Origin: the human T2T-CHM13v2.0 reference genome, Homo sapiens
Length of the DNA: 64,000 bases
Reading direction: 5' to 3' (one strand)
NCBI RefSeq assembly: GCF_009914755.1
Contig: NC_060932.1
In this document: positions 57,380 through 64,000 of the stretch, piece by piece
How positions within the stretch are numbered: position 1 is the first letter of the stretch
Layout of the letters: every line of letters starts with the position of its first letter
Translations under genes and position numbers: made by a program
The notes under the pieces: generated by a model
What the model saw: only the letters and a program-made list of their open reading frames with translations
What the model was told of the DNA's origin: nothing
The model's database searches: none

Positions 57380-57730
57380 ATTAGCTGAAAACAAAGAAGA
57401 TTTCTTTCTTCCTCAAGCTACATGTTCATCATAGATCAGCTGGTGGGCTCTGCTCTCGGTGGTCACTCAGAGACCAGGCAAACAAAATAGCCACCATCTT
57501 GAAGCTTTGCGGTCACTATGGCAGAAATAAAGACAGCTCTAGGTGCTTTCATGTATGTAATACATGCTTTGACTTGAGAGGGTGACATGTCACTTTTACT
57601 TATGACTCAGTGGCTAGGATGTTATACTACCTTGCTCTTCCTCAAAGGGACCAGGAAGTACAATCCTACTAAGTGCCCGGAAGAGTAAGATCTGGATGGT
57701 TTTGGTAAAAATCATGAATGGCTAACACAA
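57380..57730 (-). mobile_element. MLT1-type LTR fragment
   Basis: ggctctgctc...gtcactcagagaccaggc...ggaagtacaatccta. Confidence 0.55.
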
Positions 57731-58092
57731 ATATTTATGCATTGTATTCGCTGTAAAACATGTCAAGGAATTATGGGACAGAAGCACAGTTTAGCAGAAG
57801 AAGGGAAAACCTTGACATTGATATAATCAAGGAGTTAGAACAAAAGCTTGTGGAAACTACTAATGGCATACTATGCAAGGTACAGGAATATTAGTGTTAA
57901 TACTTTTTCGCTTAAACTCTAAAAAAGTATTTAGAATTTATTTAAATTGGATATTAGAAATTACCTATGCTAAGGTAAGCTTATATATAGAGAAGATTAA
58001 ACTATACAAACTTAATTTATGATAAATAGCTCTTGGATCCTGGACTGAATCCATTTTTCAGATTATCAAATCAATAAATAAAATATAATTCA

Positions 58093-58384
<292 letters not shown>

Positions 58385-58397
58385 TATATGTATAATA

Positions 58398-58810
<413 letters not shown>

Positions 58811-60109
58811 TTCAGGATAAAACATTTAGAATATTCTTAAACTGAATAAATGTTAATGAATATAGTAATTCCTTTCTAGTTTTATTTGCTTATAAATTAA
58901 AATGGGCGAATTAAAACAATGTCTGCTATAACATACAGAGACTTCTGCAGTTTTCTGTCTGTGGCATCTCATGTTTTTTAATTAGATTACATTCTAATCA
59001 CCTTAAACCACTAAAGCCATTGACTTTAGTAGGGATTAAAAACAAGTGAATTGCAGGCAATTTGCTCCAGGTATGCAGCTTTGTGGTCATCATGTGAATA
59101 GAGCGTATCTCTGTGAAATCCTGATACTTGCTGAGCATAATAGATCCAGGGCACTTCTTGAGCCTGTCACTGCAAATTTACCTGGTTCAGTGCACTGGAG
59201 ATTCATTGCAGGTATGGAAAGAGAAATGGATGAAGACACATTTTCAGGAGGGTCCAGCATTTGGTCTGGATAGTTAAAAGACTTCACAATCATGTTTTTG
59301 TTATCTGTATGATTGTTAAAAATAATTTAGTGTAAACAATGTTTTGCAGGTGTGTAATAATAAGTAAGATCTCTAATAGAGAGGCAATTATTTAATATTT
59401 GAAGACCCTTAAACAAAAATCAACCTTTTGGTGCTCATGACTTGGGAAGTCTTAAAATCTGTATCAGAGGGCATATGTTGTCATAAGAGATTACAGATTA
59501 TTTTTAATTAATGAAATGTATGGCATTTAACATAGGATCAAGAAGATGGATTAGGAAGATTGTGCATATCCCACTCTCTTGCAGGAGTGGTTTTCATCAA
59601 TCGAGCAAGCCCAGCAGTATCATGTCAGTGGTTTAGAGTTCTGTTTGTTCTATGTGCTTCGACATCACAGAGGATTTTGTCACCTGATTTTAGTACATAC
59701 TTGCTGTTTCTGCCCTCCATGCTTCCTTGCATCTGCCCAGAGTGGTCCTTTTATGCAAAATGCTAAATGTGTTGCTTAGAGAAGAGGGTAGGTTTCCCTT
59801 AACAAGTTACATGACTGTTTTTGTGCTTGTTATCTCAATGTTTAGATGAATGGCAGAATTTGACCTGAGAGATTATTTTACTACAACATATATGGTGAGA
59901 ACTTGAGGTGAACACATGTATCGCCCTTATCAATGACTACAAGTGATATTCAGTTTTTACGTGCCATTTGGCAATACATTACTACTGTTAAACTACTGAA
60001 ATACTTTTATACCTGTTGGTCAATAACTATGACCTTGAATTCCCCCACTGCCCCTAATGTTAGGCCCCAGTTACCCATCCCCTCTTCTTATGATCCAGCA
60101 ACTAAAAGT

Positions 60110-60330
60110 TTAAGTAACACTTTTCTAGCTCTGTCCACAAGAAAAGCAATGTGACAAACTGAGCTATGCACTATTATTCCAATTTTAGATATGTGAATCC
60201 TAGGTTCAAGCCACTTCAGCACTCTACCCAGGGTCACATTTTTCAACAGAGATTAGATTTAAATTTAGAACTTTCTGGTCTCAAAGTGCTTGAGCTTAAT
60301 TATTACACTTTATGGCACGTTAAAGGGGGA
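60110..60330 (-). mobile_element. MIR
   Basis: ctattattccaattttagatatgtgaatcctaggttca...cccagggtcaca. Confidence 0.65.
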
Positions 60331-60557
60331 AGAATGCTTTCTCCATCACCAGAATACATATATACTAACTAACCCAAAGGAAATAGCAACTTCAATGGGC
60401 TCAAGTCTCAGTGCTAAGAAGCCGGCCCAGCGCTCTCACTTTGAAAACCTTTCCCTTGTTTCCTAATCATTTATGTAAGTGTCTCTCACTTAAGAATCCA
60501 TCTAATATCTATTGAACACCCATTGTGAGTTACTTTTAATTACAGAATGTAAAAAAG

Positions 60558-61280
60558 GAACACTTTTACACTGTTGGTGGGACTGTAAACTAGTTCAACC
60601 ACTGTGGAAGTCAGTGTGGCGATTCCTCAGGGATCTAGAACTAGAAATACCATTTGACCCAGCTGTCCCATTACTGGGTATATACCCAAAGGACTATAAA
60701 TCATGCTGCTTTAAAGACACATGCACACATATATTTATTGCAGCACTATTCACAATAGCAAAGACTTGGAACCAACCCAAATGTCCAACAATGATAGACT
60801 GGATTAAGAAAATGTGGCACATATACACCATGGAATACTATGCAGCCATAAAAAATGATGAGTTCATGTCCTTTGTAGGGACATGGATGAAACTGGAAAT
60901 CATCATTCTCAGTAAATTATCGCAACGACAAAAAACCAAACACTGCATGTTCTCACTCATAGATGGGAATTGGACAATGAGAACACATGGACACAGGAAG
61001 GGGAACATCACACTCTGGGGACTGTTGTGGGGTGGGGAGGCGGGAGAGGGATAGCTTTAGGAGATATACCTAATGCTAAATGACGAGTTAATGGGTGCAG
61101 CTCAGCAGCATGGCACATGTATACATATGTAACTAACTTGCACATTGTGCACATGTACCCTAGAACTTAAAGTATAATAATAATAATAATAATAATAGTA
61201 ATAATAATAATAAAAAGGTAGCAGGGGAAAAAAAAGTTGGTAAATAAAAAGGAGAAAATTAGACTCCAAAAAAAAAAAAG
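60558..61280 (+). mobile_element. Young 5'-truncated L1PA2/PA3-like insertion with a 3' transduction
   Basis: ORF2 C-terminus, 3'UTR, (TAA)n tail, 51 bp of unique sequence, second poly(A); 14-bp TSD AGAATGTAAAAAAG (60544-60557 / 61281-61294). Confidence 0.95.
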
Positions 61281-61454
61281 AGAATGTAAAAAAGTAGGTG
61301 TCTTTAATCCATCTTTAATAAAGTGAAAAATAATAAATAGCCTTTAAAAATTCATGATTCTTGCCTTCAATTTGCTTTCAATTTGAGGAGAGATGGCACA
61401 GAGCTAAGGCATGTTATTTTAGGATGGCAAGGAACATTGGTGCTTATCTTGTAC

Positions 61455-61970
61455 AGAGACTCTTAAAGTTTTTGGTTCCAGGAACCCCTTACACTAAAAT
61501 AAGGGGTTAAAAATATTGTTAAAAATATTGAAGGCTCAAAAGAGCTTTGAATTTTATGATTCACACCTATCCAGTTTACTATATTAGAAGTTAAAACAGC
61601 AATTTTAAAAATATGTAATCATTAATTCACTTAGAAATAATAGAAAACACATTACATGTTAAAATAAACAGCATTTTATTTACAATGACTATGTCTTTGA
61701 AAACAAAATATATTTTAGAGATTTGCAAATCAGAAAAAGAATTGTTTTAGAGGTTTGCAAATCTCTTCAATAGAAGAGATGTTCTCTTATGTTCATTTGT
61801 GCTCATGCATTCAATATCTTCCTGTATGTTGTTTTGGTTGAAGTCTCTAAATAAGATAATTTGAACTCACATAGATATACAGTTGGAAAAATGTGGACTT
61901 CGTTGATTTTCTGAGTGGGTCTCAGAGACCCCCACCTGAGGGAACATAAGGCCATGTGTTGAAAAACTGA
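61455..61970 (-). mobile_element. Charlie1b/MER33-like non-autonomous hAT element
   Basis: Same terminal sequences as the 7750-9173 element: tttttggttccaggaaccccttacact and gggtctcagagaccccc...ttgaaaaactg. Confidence 0.8.
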
Positions 61971-62084
61971 TCTAATAAAGTTCTGACTTCAAGCAGTTTA
62001 TTTGTTGGGTCTCAATCATCCAACGATATAAGTCAACTGCTAGTTAGCTGTAAGTAAACATAAATTATTCTAAAGAAGCGTGTC

Positions 62085-62150
62085 CCCACCATTATACAAT
62101 ATATTCATGTAACAAACCTGCACATCTACCTCCTGAATTTAAAAAAAAAA
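62085..62150 (+). mobile_element. Tiny L1 3'-terminal fragment with poly(A)
   Basis: ttcatgtaacaaacctgcacatctacctcctgaatttaaaaaaaaaa. Confidence 0.75.
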
Positions 62151-62413
62151 GAGTGTAACAGTGTCACTGTCACTGCTGTAAAAAAGAATAGACTAAATAA
62201 CGTAGGAGTGGAAACTAATGGTATTATGAGAAATGTGATGTGGATAATTCACTTTTACAGGAAAGAGGAAATAGAAATGTACTCCTAAAGAGGCGTAGAC
62301 CGTGTTCCCATCCAACCCAAGGCCCTAGCTCACCATAGGGCACTGTCTTCTCTGACCTGAACAAGACACTGAACCTGAAATTCTCCCTCTCTAACCCTCA
62401 TCAACAATTGCCT

Positions 62414-62766
62414 TGATATGATTTGGGTCTGTGTCCCTACCCAAATATCACCTTGAATTATAATAATCCCTATGTGTCAAGGGCAGGACCAAGGTAATTG
62501 GATCATGGGGGTGGTTTCCTCCATGCTGTTCTCATGAGAGTGAGTGAGTCTCATGAGATCTGATGGTTTTATAAGGGTCTGGCATTTTCCCTGCTGGCAC
62601 TCATTCTCTTTCCTGCCATCCTATGAAGAGATGCCTTCTGCCATGATTGTATGTTTCCTGAGGCCTCCCCAGCCATGTGTAACTGTGAGTTAATTAAACC
62701 ACTTTTCTTTATAAATTACCCAGACTTGGGTATTTCTTCACAGCAGTGTGTGAATGGACTAATACA
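62414..62766 (+). mobile_element. THE1 (THE1C-like) solo LTR
   Basis: TGATATGATTTGGGTCTGTGTCCC...GGACTAATACA. Confidence 0.92.
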
Positions 62767-62789
62767 CCCCAACCCCGCCCCCGTTTTCT

Positions 62790-63760
62790 GGATCATTCCC
62801 ATTACCAAGAAAAATGTCTGCAATATTTTCCATTAAAAAATCCTCCTCTGACCTTATTTCTCAGCTCCCCTTTATAAGAAAACTATTCAAAAGCTTTGTC
62901 TATTCTTGTCTATACTTTCTTATTTAGTATTCTTTTTCACTCAATTAGGCCTTTATCTTATCACTCTACTGAAACTGCTCTTGTCAAGATCAATCATTAC
63001 CTTGATATAATGGTCAGTTCAGTTTCCATCTCACTAGGGCTCTAAGCAGCATTCAACGGAGTTGCTCACCACCTACTTGAAACCATTTCTTCACTTGGCT
63101 TCCAGAGTACTTCCAGATTCATGTTTTAAATTTGTGTTATGATTTTTGTTTTGGCTTGTAACTCATAGGCTGATCCTTCTCGGTCTCTTCTGCTGACATT
63201 GTCTTTCTGGCCTCTAAGTTTTTAGAATGCTCTTGGGCTCTGTGCTTGGATCTTGATCCTCTCAGAAGTGAGCTCGTTCAAGCCCATGACTTAAAAAATA
63301 GCATTCACATTTCTATCCTATTGTCCTCATGAAACTTTAGATGTAGATCTAAGTGATCTCAATGTCTATGTGTTAGCTCTTTGGATATCAAATAAGCATT
63401 TCAAATTTAACCTATCTAAAACAGAACTTTGATTTCTTATTCTTCCCTCAAAATGATGCTGCTCATTTATAGTCTTTCTCATTATTCAGCTCAGCTCCTT
63501 AACGTTGGGTCATCTTTGATTCTCTCTTTTGCTGAGTCTACATCAAATCTACCAGTAAATCTGTTTAATTTTCCTTTGAAATCGATGTGGAGACTTGTCT
63601 TTGCCATTACTGCTAGCCTTGCTGAAACCACCTTCCTGACTTACTGTAACATGACTCTCTGGCAACAGCTTCCCTGTTTCTACTGTTGGTTCACACAAGT
63701 CTGTCCTGCAACCTCACAGCAGCAAGAATTATGTTATAAATCATTTGCTTATTCTAATAT
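62790..63760 (+). mobile_element. L2 LINE fragment
   Basis: ctactgaaactgctcttgtcaagatca...tcttcacttggcttcca...aagcatttcaaatttaacctatctaaaacagaact. Confidence 0.85.
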
Positions 63761-64000
63761 ATTTGCAATAAATCATGAGTCCTGCATGCATATATATTAT
63801 GTAAATAAAATCCACAGCCACATATCAATTAACATTACACATTCTACAAGAAAGATACACCCAACACATTACAGTGGATGACTTGGGGAGATGGGATGCA
63901 AATGAGGAGTGGGAATGAAAGAGAAAAGTGAAACAGAAGTGGAGTCTTACATGGATCGATGAGGAAAATGTTACTTGATGCAGGAAACATGCTTAACTCC

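Noticed and set aside
60512-61054. 180-aa ORF
   Set aside because: L1 ORF2 C-terminus of a 5'-truncated copy; the N-terminal residues come from flanking DNA.
63429-63881. 150-aa ORF
   Set aside because: Lies within a decayed L2, starts at TTG and has no recognisable domain.

Overview
This is primate, human-like non-coding genomic DNA; it is not microbial. It opens with a CpG-rich promoter/first-exon region (~1-670) carrying a perfect minus-strand splice donor and overlapping plus-strand donors. The remaining ~63 kb is AT-rich and repeat-dense: Alus, MIR/L2, hAT-Charlie DNA transposons, a cluster of ERV1 solo LTRs at 14.8-23.6 kb, a ~19 kb nested minus-strand L1 stack with two MaLR proviruses, and two young L1PA insertions. 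I found no convincing host protein-coding exon and cannot name the gene. The ORFs in the track are L1 ORF2, MaLR-internal, Alu or simple-repeat artefacts. I found no new multi-gene biological system. The most interesting signals are DNA-repair and retrotransposition scars: (i) short locally templated duplications copied from 1-2.4 kb away, including a 29-bp inverted copy inserted into a MER57 LTR; (ii) an L1 3' transduction with its own AATAAA and second poly(A); (iii) a twin-primed 5'-inverted L1; (iv) six different ERV1 LTR families landing in older repeats. Repeat family names come from recalled consensus sequences, not a database search.
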